A DNA stretch of 64,000 bases from Eubacteriales bacterium (GTDB lineage Bacteria > Bacillota > Clostridia > Oscillospirales > CAG-272), in contig JAZSBL010000010.1 in assembly GCA_045602385.1 (NCBI GenBank), positions 18,802 to 82,801 of the forward strand, given 5' to 3'. The translations under genes were made by a program, and so were the position numbers. The notes beneath the pieces are model-generated. The model was not told the DNA's origin, did not search any database, and was given only the letters and a program-made list of their open reading frames with translations. Shown here one piece after another: positions 28,601 to 39,021 of the stretch; position 1 is the first letter of the stretch; each line of letters starts with the position of its first letter.

Positions 28601-29878
28601 TCAGTCAAAATAATGAGCGATAACTCTTTTTGCATTATATCTCATCTTCTCTTCATCAATCGTAGTATATGTTCCCCTGTCGTAAAGTATGTTACCGTCA
28701 GAGAGCGTCATCAATACATTGGACTCTGTTGCGCTGTAGCAGACGGTAGATTCAAGGTCATAGGACGGGATATTGTTTATCGCGTCCATATCAAGGAGTA
28801 TCAGGTCGGCTCTCTTGCCAACTGCTAATTCTCCCGAATCATATCTTCCCTGCGCTATCGCGCCGTTTACGGTTGCGCACCTGATCATATCTCCCGCGCG
28901 TGTTATTGCGGGATCGCATGATGCGCCCTTATGGATAAGCGCGGCGTACTGAAGCTCACGTAATACACTGAGCTGATTGTTCGATGCAACGCCGTCTGTG
29001 CCGAGCGCTACGTTAACGCCTGCGGCCTTCATCTTACCGTAAGGCATGATTCCGCTACCGAGCTTGAGATTACTTACGGGGTTGTGAGCCGCAGTAACAC
29101 CCCTCTCTGCCATAAGCTTGATATCATCGTCGTTCACGTATACGCAATGCGCCGCGGTCACAGGTACGTCAAGCACTCCGCACGCCTCAAGGAAGCGCAT
29201 GGGTGTCATTCCTTGACGCGCGATGCACTCCTCGTGCTCGCTTGCGGTCTCGGAGACGTGTATCTGGAAGCCGGTTTTCAGCTCCTTTGTGATCTCCGCA
29301 ACGTATCTGAAGCAGGGCTCTACGTTTGAATACTCGGCGTGGAGAGACATGTCTATCTTTATTCTGCCGTCCGCCTTGCCGTTCCATCTGTTGAAGACGT
29401 CGATAGATTCAAGCACTCGCGAGTCCTTTGAAAAATCCGCGTCCTTGTCAAAGGAAACGATGGATCGGGAGAGGTTTGCCTTGATACCGCTCTCCTCTAC
29501 CGCTCTCGCGGTCTCGTCAAGGAAGAAGTACATATCAGAGAAGGAAACGACACCGTTCCTTATCATTTCCGCGATAGCGAGCTGCGAGCCTGTATAGACT
29601 CTCTCCTCGTTAAGTCTGTCCTCTGCGGGAAAGATCTTCTCATTTAGCCATCTCTGGAGAGGAAGATCGTCGCCGTATCCACGGAAAAGCGTCATTGCGC
29701 TATGGCAATGGGCATTGAAAAATGCGGGCATAAGGAGATTGCCGTGGCACTCGACGGTCTTGTCCGCCTCGGGGCACTCCTTGCCGATATAGGATATTAT
29801 CTTGCCGTCGATCAGGATATTCAACGTGCTATCCACGCCGCCGTCAAGTGTTCTTGCGTTTTTAAATAAAATTTTCAT
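28601..29878 (-). CDS. mtaD: amidohydrolase, 5-methylthioadenosine/S-adenosylhomocysteine deaminase-like
   Basis: 425 aa; metal-binding HCHSAMTLFRGYGDDLPLQRWL, HVSET and GTDG motifs. Confidence 0.8.
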   Translation of the reverse strand: MKILFKNARTLDGGVDSTLNILIDGKIISYIGKECPEADKTVECHGNLLMPAFFNAHCHSAMTLFRGYGDDLPLQRWLNEKIFPAEDRLNEERVYTGSQLAIAEMIRNGVVSFSDMYFFLDETARAVEESGIKANLSRSIVSFDKDADFSKDSRVLESIDVFNRWNGKADGRIKIDMSLHAEYSNVEPCFRYVAEITKELKTGFQIHVSETASEHEECIARQGMTPMRFLEACGVLDVPVTAAHCVYVNDDDIKLMAERGVTAAHNPVSNLKLGSGIMPYGKMKAAGVNVALGTDGVASNNQLSVLRELQYAALIHKGASCDPAITRAGDMIRCATVNGAIAQGRYDSGELAVGKRADLILLDMDAINNIPSYDLESTVCYSATESNVLMTLSDGNILYDRGTYTTIDEEKMRYNAKRVIAHYFD

Positions 29879-29883
29879 TATCT

Positions 29884-31389
29884 TTATCCTTTTTTGAGGT
29901 TTCTGCGCGTATAGAACTCGCGCGCCGCCGCCAGCTTCTGCTCGGTCTTGTTATCCGAGAGGTATTCGTAGGGGTATTTCTGATTGAAAAATCTCTCGAT
30001 AACTCTGGGGCTTCCGTCCTTGGGCGCGTAATCAACGAATTTTGATACCGCTCCCGCTCCGCATGCAAATATTGAGTGTATCTCCTCCATCATGTAGATA
30101 TTATAAAGTCCCTTGTAGCCGTCAAGCGCGAAGCCTACGTTTTCGTAGTTTCCTATGGTATTCTTCTGTCTGTACATATAGTAGGGCTTATATCCCTCGT
30201 GCTGCGCGGTTATCTGTGAGTAGTCAACGCACTTGCCTACGTCTCCGCCGCGGATAGAATATATATGACTGCTGTTTTTCAGGAAGTCACTCGCCTTCTT
30301 TACGCTGAAGGTATGTACGGTGATATTTTCGGGCTTGAGCGACACTATCTTATCGTAGGACGCAGCAAAGCTTGAAAATTTATCACCGGGAAGTCCCGCT
30401 ATCACGTCGGTATTTATCGCGGAGATCTCGCTGTTGCGCGCAATGTCATATGCGCGGAGAAAATCGTCCGCGGTATGTGAGCGTCCGATTATCTTCAAGA
30501 CGTCGTCGTTGAGCGTCTGGGGATTAACGCTGATACGGCTTACTCCCCTGTTCTTTGCGACCTTCATCTTGCCTGCGGTGATCGTATCGGGACGTCCCGC
30601 CTCAAGTGTGTACTCATCAAGAGTTCTTACGTCTACGTTCTTTTCTACCATTGAGAGCAGCCAATCAAGCTGATTCTCGTCAAGAATTGTGGGTGTTCCG
30701 CCGCCGATATATACCGTCTTTACGCGAAGTCCGAGCTCACGGATAAGCGCAAAGGTCTTATTTATCTCGTCGCCAAGCGCGACAAGATAGTCGGGTATGG
30801 TGGCGAGCAGCTTTTTCGAGGTGTAAGACACAAATGAACAATAAGCGCATCTTGTCGGGCAGAACGGGATCGAAATATACACGCTGCACTCACCGTCGTC
30901 CGCCGTCTTTACAAACTCCGCCTCGTTAAGCGCGACCTCGGTGGCAAGCGCCGCCTTCTTCGGGATAACGAAATAGTCGCTTGAAAGTGTCTTCTTTACT
31001 CTCGTTTTGCTCATTCCGCTCTCAAGCATCTCGGTTGCTACCTTGGACGGTCTTACGCCAACGAGCATGCCCCATGAAGGGCGGTAGCCGACAATCTCTC
31101 CGCAAACGGAGAGTATTGCATCTCCCACGGCGATCTTTTTCAGTCTGTCACGTGTGATGTCGTCACGGTTTTGATATATCTTATCGGATGATGCGTACTT
31201 TTCATCAAGAGAAAGCTCTGCGTGAACACTTACTCCGTCGTCATTCTCGCAAAGCTCAAGCGTGAGCTCGGGTACTGCCGCGCCGTCCGCCGCCTCTGCA
31301 TCCTCCGAGAATTTTTCACCCGGAAAGAATATCATGCACAGCGTCTGCACGTAATATTGATTTATGTTTCCGCTTACCTTAAGCTTCAT
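29884..31389 (-). CDS. HemN/HemZ-like radical SAM protein (coproporphyrinogen dehydrogenase family)
   Basis: 501 aa; CPTRCAYCSF radical SAM motif after a ~170-aa N-terminal domain, and a HemN-type C-terminus. Confidence 0.7.
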   Translation of the reverse strand: MKLKVSGNINQYYVQTLCMIFFPGEKFSEDAEAADGAAVPELTLELCENDDGVSVHAELSLDEKYASSDKIYQNRDDITRDRLKKIAVGDAILSVCGEIVGYRPSWGMLVGVRPSKVATEMLESGMSKTRVKKTLSSDYFVIPKKAALATEVALNEAEFVKTADDGECSVYISIPFCPTRCAYCSFVSYTSKKLLATIPDYLVALGDEINKTFALIRELGLRVKTVYIGGGTPTILDENQLDWLLSMVEKNVDVRTLDEYTLEAGRPDTITAGKMKVAKNRGVSRISVNPQTLNDDVLKIIGRSHTADDFLRAYDIARNSEISAINTDVIAGLPGDKFSSFAASYDKIVSLKPENITVHTFSVKKASDFLKNSSHIYSIRGGDVGKCVDYSQITAQHEGYKPYYMYRQKNTIGNYENVGFALDGYKGLYNIYMMEEIHSIFACGAGAVSKFVDYAPKDGSPRVIERFFNQKYPYEYLSDNKTEQKLAAAREFYTRRNLKKG

Positions 31390-31409
31390 AACAAAATCCT
31401 ATCCTTAAA

Positions 31410-31868
31410 TTATTTTTTCTTTTTTAATACTTCACTGTCCATTACGATGGTCACGGGGCCGTCGTTTACAAGAGAAACCTCCATGTGCGCGCCGAATACT
31501 CCTCTGCCCACGTGTCTGAGCTCCGAGGACATAAGATCGGCAAAGTATTCATAAATGCGATTTGCCTCATCGGGCGGCGCAGACTCGAGAAAGTCGGGGC
31601 GGTTGCCGTTCCTGTAATTTGCCATCAGTGTAAACTGTGAAATCACGAGCGCCTCGCCGTCTATCGCCTTTACCGAAAGGTTCATCTTGTCGTTCTCGTC
31701 GCAGAATATGCGCAGATTACATATTTTTGTCGCAAGGAGTCTTGCGTCCTCCTCGATATCGCCCTTCGCAACGCCCAAAAGTATCATAAGACCGGCTCCA
31801 CATTCGCCGACAACACTTCCGTCCACCTTGACCGAGGCCTTTGTCACCCTTTGAATTACTGCTTTCAT
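31410..31868 (-). CDS. dtd: D-aminoacyl-tRNA deacylase
   Basis: 152 aa; MKAVIQRV... SQFTL...GNRP motifs. Confidence 0.92.
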   Translation of the reverse strand: MKAVIQRVTKASVKVDGSVVGECGAGLMILLGVAKGDIEEDARLLATKICNLRIFCDENDKMNLSVKAIDGEALVISQFTLMANYRNGNRPDFLESAPPDEANRIYEYFADLMSSELRHVGRGVFGAHMEVSLVNDGPVTIVMDSEVLKKKK

Positions 31869-31883
31869 TTTACCGTTTCCTTA

Positions 31884-34121
31884 TTAAGAAAATCCGCGTC
31901 CTACGCTGTCAACTCCGTCAAGTGAACGCAATCTTGATACTATGGAGTTGTAATGGTCTATATTCTTACAGCTTATCTTAAGACTGATAATACAACGGCC
32001 GTTTGTGCGCTTTTGAGAGTTGACCTGCAAAATAGCGACCTTCATATCCGCAAGCGCGACCGCAACGTCCGCAAGCATTCCCACTCTGTCCTCCGTAAAG
32101 AGCTGGAGCAGTGCCTCGTATACGTTTTTGCCCGATTCGCCGCCCGCGCTCTGCTCCCAATGAGCCGTCTTCCAACGCTCACGGTTCTCCTCGTTCTTCA
32201 TACCCTCTATAACGTTGGGACAATCCTTTTTGTGTATGGAAATTCCGTAGCCCTTGGTAACAAATCCGATAACATCGTCACCGGGAAGCGGGTTACAGCA
32301 CTTGGCAAACTTGACCTGACAGCCGCTCTCTCCGTCAATGATAATTCCGCTGTTGGACTTAAGATTTTTCGGCTTTGTAACCGATTTTTGTACAAGCTCC
32401 TCCTCGGTTATAATAACGGGCTCTGACTCTGCAACGGTATATTTTGCGGATTCGTCCTTTATTTTGTTGGAGAGCTTGTTTATGGAAATTCCGCCGTAGC
32501 CTACGCCATTATATACATCCTCCGCGCTGGCAAAGCCTATTCTCTGCGCGATGGTGGAGATTACCTCTGCCCTCTCCTGCTCATCAAGCTTAAGACCGAG
32601 CTTTCTGAACTCACCGTCGACAATGGCACGTCCCAACGAAATATTCTCAGGTCGGGTCTCCTTCTTAAACCACTGCTTGATCTTTGAACGCGCCTCGCTG
32701 GTCTTAACGATATTAAGCCAGTCGCGGCTAGGTCCCTTTGTGACCGATGAGGTGAGTATCTCGACGATCTCTCCGTTCCCGACCACCCTGTCGATAGGCA
32801 CTATCATTCCGTTTATCTTTGCGCCTATCATCTTGTTTCCTACACCCGAGTGTATCGAATACGCGAAGTCGATGACCGTAGCGCCGTGAGGAAGCGCGAC
32901 TACGTCGCCCTTTGGCGTAAAAACGAACACCTCGTCCTGGAAGATATCGGTCTTGAGCGCGTTCATGAACTCATCGGGGTCGCGCGCCTCACCCTCTGTC
33001 TCGATAAGCTTTGAGATCCACTCAAGCTTCTTGTCCATATCCTCCTTGGAGGATGCGCCTGATTTATACTTCCAGTGCGCCGCGATACCGTACTCTGCAA
33101 AGTGGTGCATCTCATGCGTACGTATCTGCACCTCAAAGGGTACGCCGTCACGTCCGATTACCGTGGTATGGAGCGAGCGGTACATATTCGGCTTCGGTGT
33201 TGATATATAATCCTTGAATCTGCCCGGTATGGAGTTGAACATCTCGTGGATAAGGCCGAGTGTGGTGTAGCACTCAAGCTCGGTATCAACTATAACTCTT
33301 ACCGCGTAGAAGTCGTATATCTCGTCAAAGCTCTTGTTCTGGTTATACATTTTCTTGTAGATACTGTATACCGTCTTGATACGTCCCTCAAGCGTAAAAT
33401 GTATATTGTTCTCGGTAAGCTTTTCCGATATTACCGAGCGGATATGCTCGATAACGTTAAGGCTTTGTCCGTATTTGTTCTCAATTGAATCCTTGACCTC
33501 CTTGTAGCCTATCGGGTCAAGGTGCTGGATACCGATGTTTTCAAGCTCCTGCTTGATCTTCTGTATTCCAAGACGATGCGCCAAGGGGGCATACACCTGC
33601 ATCGTCTCAAGCGCGGTGAGCCTTCTCTTGTTCTCTGCCTTCGCCTCCAGCGTGCGCATATTGTGAAGTCGGTCGCAGAGCTTTATAAAGATTACTCTGA
33701 CGTCCTTATGCATTGCAAGCAGCATCTTACGCAAATTCTCTATCTGCGCCTCTTCCTTGTCCTCTATCTGCATAAAGACTATCTTTGTAAGTCCGTCTAC
33801 AAGCTGGCAGACGTCACGGCCGAATTTCTTTTCTATATCACGTGAGTCTACCCTGTCAGAGCAATCCTCAACGGTATCGTGAAGCAATGCGGCGCAGATA
33901 GAGTCTGTGTCAAGGCCAAGCCCCGCTACGATCTCCGCAACCGCCAGGGGGTGCGAGATATAGGGCTCTCCACTCTGGCGGAACTGCCCTTGGTGAAGCT
34001 CGTTTGCATAATCGTAGGCAGCCTTGATCTTGTCAATATCATAGTTCTTGCCCGATACGCGCAACAGATCGATCAGTCTGTTGCAGTTGTATTCAATGTT
34101 GCTGATAGTGTTTGATTCCAT
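31884..34121 (-). CDS. relA: bifunctional (p)ppGpp synthetase/hydrolase RelA/SpoT (Rel)
   Basis: HD domain (HPLAVAEI..HDTVED), synthetase motif (DYISTPKPNMYRSLHTTV), plus TGS and ACT domains. Start trimmed to ATG 34121. Confidence 0.93.
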   Translation of the reverse strand: MESNTISNIEYNCNRLIDLLRVSGKNYDIDKIKAAYDYANELHQGQFRQSGEPYISHPLAVAEIVAGLGLDTDSICAALLHDTVEDCSDRVDSRDIEKKFGRDVCQLVDGLTKIVFMQIEDKEEAQIENLRKMLLAMHKDVRVIFIKLCDRLHNMRTLEAKAENKRRLTALETMQVYAPLAHRLGIQKIKQELENIGIQHLDPIGYKEVKDSIENKYGQSLNVIEHIRSVISEKLTENNIHFTLEGRIKTVYSIYKKMYNQNKSFDEIYDFYAVRVIVDTELECYTTLGLIHEMFNSIPGRFKDYISTPKPNMYRSLHTTVIGRDGVPFEVQIRTHEMHHFAEYGIAAHWKYKSGASSKEDMDKKLEWISKLIETEGEARDPDEFMNALKTDIFQDEVFVFTPKGDVVALPHGATVIDFAYSIHSGVGNKMIGAKINGMIVPIDRVVGNGEIVEILTSSVTKGPSRDWLNIVKTSEARSKIKQWFKKETRPENISLGRAIVDGEFRKLGLKLDEQERAEVISTIAQRIGFASAEDVYNGVGYGGISINKLSNKIKDESAKYTVAESEPVIITEEELVQKSVTKPKNLKSNSGIIIDGESGCQVKFAKCCNPLPGDDVIGFVTKGYGISIHKKDCPNVIEGMKNEENRERWKTAHWEQSAGGESGKNVYEALLQLFTEDRVGMLADVAVALADMKVAILQVNSQKRTNGRCIISLKISCKNIDHYNSIVSRLRSLDGVDSVGRGFS

Positions 34122-34181
34122 TGTTGTACTTCTCCTTCCGGCACTATTGCACCGGCACAAAGTTGTTACGGCAGGATGCCG

Positions 34182-36383
34182 TTACGCTCTCATCTTCATT
34201 TCAAGCATTTTATAGGTTTTGGTAAGCTCAATATTGCCCCTCTCGGCATTCTTGGCTATATCAAATTCAAAGATATCCTCGCTTAGTCTTTCAAATTCGC
34301 ATACTCTCATTTCCTCAAGTATGTTGATTATAAAGCGAAGCTTAAGTGTGTTCAGATCAACGCAAAGCTGCTCTAATATAGCCGCGCGCAACGCCCTGAA
34401 GCTATATACGCTGCGTCCGCACATGCTTTCGTATCTCAAAAACTTATATACCGTTGCGATATCGGCTCTTGACGGAAGGATGTTCTCCGACCTTGAAAAT
34501 TCGCCGCCCGCCTCTATATCGCGGTATCTCTCCCTTTCCTCCCCGTATCTCCTTTCGAAAGAATCGGAAAGCCTTATATCCTGAGCTATAAGCTGCAGGC
34601 TCTTTTGTCCTCTGTATTCATTTATGCTGAGCTGACACAAAATGTCAACGCTCTCGCCAAAGTGATACTCCATACTCGACGACGCCATTCCAAAGCATAC
34701 CGCGGTAAAGCTCCTGCCGCCGTTTGTCAGCACAAGCTTTGAGTGCTTGCCCGCTCCCATTGATATAACTCGCTCAAGCGTCATGTTCTTTACCACGAAC
34801 TGTGGATTGGGGTTGGCAACTCCAAAGGGCTCAAGCTGCGCAAGCTCGTCAACTATCGCCATGGAAAGCTCATCGGGCGCAAGCTCACAGTCCGCCTCGC
34901 ATCTCACGGTAAATATGTCGTCCGAGAAATTCTCTCTCGCATAATCATTTATCATCTTACGGAACTCGGGAATATTGCACCTCATTACCGAAAGGCCTGC
35001 CGCAAGCTCGTGTCCTCCGAACTGAACAAGATGCTCCTTGCAATGATCAAGCGCGCCAACAAGGTTTATCCCCTTAACGCTTCTGCCCGATCCCTTGCCT
35101 ACATCGTGCGGATCGCTATCTCCCTCGGTCGCCCCCGCAAATGAGATAAGAATAGACGGCAAGCCGTACTTTTCTGTTATTCTTGACGACACGATACCGA
35201 TTATTCCCTGTTGCCATGAATCGTTTTCAAGCACGATTATCTTATCATTCTTGAAATCGTGTGTTTCCTCTATTTGACGGTACGCCTCCTCGGCTATACT
35301 GTTCTCCTCGCGTTGACGCAGGAGATTTATCTCACAAAGCTCCTCTGCAAGTCTTGCCGCCTCGTCGGGGTCGGTGCAAAGAAGAAGCTCTACCGCCTTG
35401 GACGCGGAGCTTATTCTGCCCGCCGCGTTTATTCGCGGAGCTATCGAAAAGCTTATGAATCCCGAATTTATCTTTCTCTTTTTAACTGTCTTTTCCGCAA
35501 CGCCCGCCGCCGGTCTAGTGGTCGCGGCATTGCTTGCTGCCTCTATAAGCGCGGCAAGTCCCACTCTCGCGTCTTCCTCGATAAGAGCAAGACCGTACTT
35601 AACTATAACTCTGTTCTCGTCCGTAAGCGGCATAACGTCGGCTATCGTTCCGACTGCTACAAGGTCGATATAGTCATCGCATATCTTTTTGACCGATGCC
35701 ATCTCATCAAGTCCGTTATTTCTTGAAACCTCAAGTCCTGTGACAAGCTTGAAAACAACACCTACTCCCGCAAGCTCGCAGAAGGGATATGTACAATCGG
35801 GTCGGTGGGGATTTACCACCGCGCACGCGTCCGGCAGGTCTCCGTGGCACTCGTGGTGATCCGTCACCACCGTGTCTATACCAAGCGTTTTTGCATACTC
35901 GACCTCTTTGTTCGCGGTAATGCCTGTGTCAACAGTAATGATAAGCTGTGTTCCATTTTCCTTGAGCGTATCTATCGCAGACTCTGATACTCCGTAGCCC
36001 TCCTTGGCGCGGAGAGGAATATAGTAGCTCACGTCTGCGCCAATAGATTTGAGATAGAGGTAAAGCATTGTTACCGAGGTAACTCCGTCCACGTCGTAAT
36101 CTCCGTAGACAGTTATTCTCTCCCCATTCTCTACCGCGCGAAGCACACGCGCGCACGCCTTGTCCATGTCCTTAAGAAGGAAGGGGCTGTGCAGGGCTTC
36201 AACAGAGGGATTCATGAATTTCTCTGCCGCCCCTGCGCTCTCGTGGCCTCTGTTATATATAAGTCTCGCTACGACCTCGGATACACCTGCGTCGCGCGCT
36301 ATTTCCCTTATTTTGGCGTCGGCATCACTGTTTCCCGGCGTATACCGCAGTGACCACACCTTTTTCTTTTTATTTAAACCCAT
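34182..36383 (-). CDS. recJ: single-stranded-DNA-specific exonuclease RecJ
   Basis: 733 aa; DHH motifs (GDYDVDG, DTG, VTDHH) and DHHA1 (GGHELAAG). Confidence 0.9.
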   Translation of the reverse strand: MGLNKKKKVWSLRYTPGNSDADAKIREIARDAGVSEVVARLIYNRGHESAGAAEKFMNPSVEALHSPFLLKDMDKACARVLRAVENGERITVYGDYDVDGVTSVTMLYLYLKSIGADVSYYIPLRAKEGYGVSESAIDTLKENGTQLIITVDTGITANKEVEYAKTLGIDTVVTDHHECHGDLPDACAVVNPHRPDCTYPFCELAGVGVVFKLVTGLEVSRNNGLDEMASVKKICDDYIDLVAVGTIADVMPLTDENRVIVKYGLALIEEDARVGLAALIEAASNAATTRPAAGVAEKTVKKRKINSGFISFSIAPRINAAGRISSASKAVELLLCTDPDEAARLAEELCEINLLRQREENSIAEEAYRQIEETHDFKNDKIIVLENDSWQQGIIGIVSSRITEKYGLPSILISFAGATEGDSDPHDVGKGSGRSVKGINLVGALDHCKEHLVQFGGHELAAGLSVMRCNIPEFRKMINDYARENFSDDIFTVRCEADCELAPDELSMAIVDELAQLEPFGVANPNPQFVVKNMTLERVISMGAGKHSKLVLTNGGRSFTAVCFGMASSSMEYHFGESVDILCQLSINEYRGQKSLQLIAQDIRLSDSFERRYGEERERYRDIEAGGEFSRSENILPSRADIATVYKFLRYESMCGRSVYSFRALRAAILEQLCVDLNTLKLRFIINILEEMRVCEFERLSEDIFEFDIAKNAERGNIELTKTYKMLEMKMRA

Positions 36384-36398
36384 TTTTACTCCATGCTT

Positions 36399-38027
36399 TT
36401 ATTCTTTTTCGGGCGCAAATCTCGCGGCTATCGCAAGCGCGGTCTTTATTCCGTCAACCGCTGCGCTGGTTATGCCGCCCGCGTATCCCGCGCCCTCTCC
36501 GCAGGGGTATATATTACCCATGCCAATAGCTCTCATATCCTCTCCCCTGAGTATTCTTACAGGAGCGGACGTGCGCGTCTCCGCGCCCGAGAGCAAGGCT
36601 TTGTCCATAGCGAAGCCCTTTATTTTTTTGTCAAAGCTATTCAAGCCATATCTGAGAGAGTCGCATACGTAATGCGGCAGAACGTCATTCATATCCGCGC
36701 ACCTAAAGCTGTTTCCTCCCATATACGTGGGAAATACCTCGTAGGGCTCGCTGCCGCTCTTGCCGCCCATAAAATCGCCAACAGTCTGCACAGGTACAGA
36801 GTAATCCGACCCGCCCGCTATAAATGCCGCTCTCTCAATTTTTCTCTGATATGCTATCGCTCCAAGCGCAAGATTTCCGTCGATCGGCTCAAAATCATCG
36901 GGTCTTACCGACACCGCGATAGCTGAGTTGGAATTTTCCCCATCTCTGGAGTATGAGCTCATTCCGTTTACAACGACACCGTTCTCCTCGCTTGCCGCCG
37001 CGACTACCTCTCCGCCAGGACACATGCAAAAGGTATAAACTCCCCTCTCGCCCTTTGTGTCGGAGAGCGCGTATTCCGCAGCGCCGAGCGATTCAAGTCC
37101 CGCAAATTTGCCGTACAATGCATCCTCGATAAAGCTTCTTTTATGCTCTATCCTCACGCCGACAGAGATCGGCTTAGGCACGATACTGAAATTCTTTTTT
37201 ATCAGCATTTCGTAGGTATCTCTTGCGCTGTTACCGAGGGCGAGCACAACCGAGGAGCATTCAATCTCACCCTTTGTGGTTTGTACCCTGACGTTGCCAC
37301 CCGACAACAATTCGAGGTCTGTGAGCTTACAGCGGTAAATAACCTCGCCGCCAAGTCTTTCTATCTCGCAAAGTATATTATCAACTACCTTACGCAAAAT
37401 GTCGGTACCGATGTGAGGCTTTGCCTTGACCGTTACCTCCTCGGGCGCGCCGAAGCGTCGAAGGGTTTCCAGCACGTAGGAGCATTTTGCATCGTTTATT
37501 CTTGTCAAGAGCTTGCCGTCAGAAAACGTACCCGCTCCGCCCGCGCCAAACTGAATATTTGACTCCGGATCAAGCACTCTTTCTCTGCAAAAGCGAGCAT
37601 GCGCATTTACTCTGTCCGCAACACAGTCGCCACGGTCTATAATTATCGGTCTGTATCCGTTTTCCGCCAGAATGAGCGCGCAGAACAGTCCCGCAGGTCC
37701 CATTCCCACAACAAGCGGACGCGCGGTCATTATCTCGCTGCCCACCTCGACCTCAAGCTCGGTCTGCTCGATCGCTCTCGCCCCAAGCCTTTCTATCCTT
37801 GCGCAGTTCTTTGCGCTCGGATCGCTAAGTCTTACCGCAACGGAATAGACGAGCCTGACATCGTCTTTTTTTCTTGCGTCAACGCTTTTTTTGATGATAT
37901 TAAGCTCGTAGCCCGCCCGGCCTATACCGACCGAGCGGAGCTTTCTCTCTGCGAGCTCTATTGCCTTTGATTCATCATCATACGGAGATACGGATATACC
38001 GTCAAAAACGTATGTGATCTTACTCAT
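36399..38027 (-). CDS. FAD-dependent oxidoreductase (COG2509-like, function unknown)
   Basis: 542 aa; dinucleotide-binding GMGPAGLFCAL. Overlaps the cdaR stop by 8 nt. Confidence 0.7.
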   Translation of the reverse strand: MSKITYVFDGISVSPYDDESKAIELAERKLRSVGIGRAGYELNIIKKSVDARKKDDVRLVYSVAVRLSDPSAKNCARIERLGARAIEQTELEVEVGSEIMTARPLVVGMGPAGLFCALILAENGYRPIIIDRGDCVADRVNAHARFCRERVLDPESNIQFGAGGAGTFSDGKLLTRINDAKCSYVLETLRRFGAPEEVTVKAKPHIGTDILRKVVDNILCEIERLGGEVIYRCKLTDLELLSGGNVRVQTTKGEIECSSVVLALGNSARDTYEMLIKKNFSIVPKPISVGVRIEHKRSFIEDALYGKFAGLESLGAAEYALSDTKGERGVYTFCMCPGGEVVAAASEENGVVVNGMSSYSRDGENSNSAIAVSVRPDDFEPIDGNLALGAIAYQRKIERAAFIAGGSDYSVPVQTVGDFMGGKSGSEPYEVFPTYMGGNSFRCADMNDVLPHYVCDSLRYGLNSFDKKIKGFAMDKALLSGAETRTSAPVRILRGEDMRAIGMGNIYPCGEGAGYAGGITSAAVDGIKTALAIAARFAPEKE

Positions 38028-39018
38028 TTTCAGCTGTCTTCTTTTCGAAGGTTATAGTGACGACGATTTCTTCCTTAACCGTTGCCCCGTCGGGAAGTCC
38101 AGCATTATTGACCCTATGCTGTTGCTTTCCCTCTACGGCGGTGGGCAGCTTGATTTCATAGCCTTCAACGGTGCTGATTATCGAAGGCGCGCCCATGATC
38201 TCTATATAGTCGGTGCTGAGCTCCCAGGTAAGGTCATGGTCAACTGCTATATCAACTATAATCGGGATCCTCTTGCGGGCGATAGCGGACACGGTCACGC
38301 TCATTCCCTCGGTGGAGTACTCTACGGCCTCCCCGCCCTCTACCTCGTTTAGGTTCTTATCCAGGAATACAAGCGGGAAGTCGGTATATTCCTTCTTGTC
38401 GTCCTTGGATGCGAAGTTACCGTCCGCATTAAATCTTGCGGAGTCAATTTTGTCAAGGATCTTCTTTGGTCCTCTGACGGTTATGCCTTCAACACTCTGA
38501 ACACTTTCAAACGTTACGTCCTGTACGGTTGAAACAAGAACGTCAAACGGAACCGTCTTTTCAGCCGCAACGTCACAGAACAAGCTTACGTTAAGCGAGG
38601 AATCGGGCGCAACGGTTACATTACTGTCAGACGGGATCACTACCTCAAGCGGAAGAATATAGGAGCCGGTAGCCAAAAGCTCACTTACGTCCACGACTAC
38701 GGTGTAATCATCCACCTTGTGCTTTTTAATATCACGGTTGGTTCCCTGAACGGTTACGGTAACCTCGGTTTTATCCATACCGTATATCATCATGTTTCTT
38801 TCCTCAAGGGCTTCAAGTCCCTCGTAATTGATCTTCAGAACCATAGTTTCTGTCACGTCGGTCTCGTTAAAATTGACCAACGCAAGCCAGATAACAAGCG
38901 CGCCGAAAAGGCAAACAAGGCGTGCAAAGAGGTCAAGCCTGCGCTTGGGCTTATAGGACACGTTAACGGTCTGATTGCCATTCTCGTCAACGTCCTTCAT
39001 GAATTGATACTGCTTCAT
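38020..39018 (-). CDS. cdaR: YbbR-domain protein CdaR (regulator of CdaA)
   Basis: 332 aa; N-terminal TM then repeated beta-rich YbbR-like modules, immediately downstream of cdaA. Confidence 0.7.
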   Translation of the reverse strand: MKQYQFMKDVDENGNQTVNVSYKPKRRLDLFARLVCLFGALVIWLALVNFNETDVTETMVLKINYEGLEALEERNMMIYGMDKTEVTVTVQGTNRDIKKHKVDDYTVVVDVSELLATGSYILPLEVVIPSDSNVTVAPDSSLNVSLFCDVAAEKTVPFDVLVSTVQDVTFESVQSVEGITVRGPKKILDKIDSARFNADGNFASKDDKKEYTDFPLVFLDKNLNEVEGGEAVEYSTEGMSVTVSAIARKRIPIIVDIAVDHDLTWELSTDYIEIMGAPSIISTVEGYEIKLPTAVEGKQQHRVNNAGLPDGATVKEEIVVTITFEKKTAENE

Positions 39019-39021
39019 GCC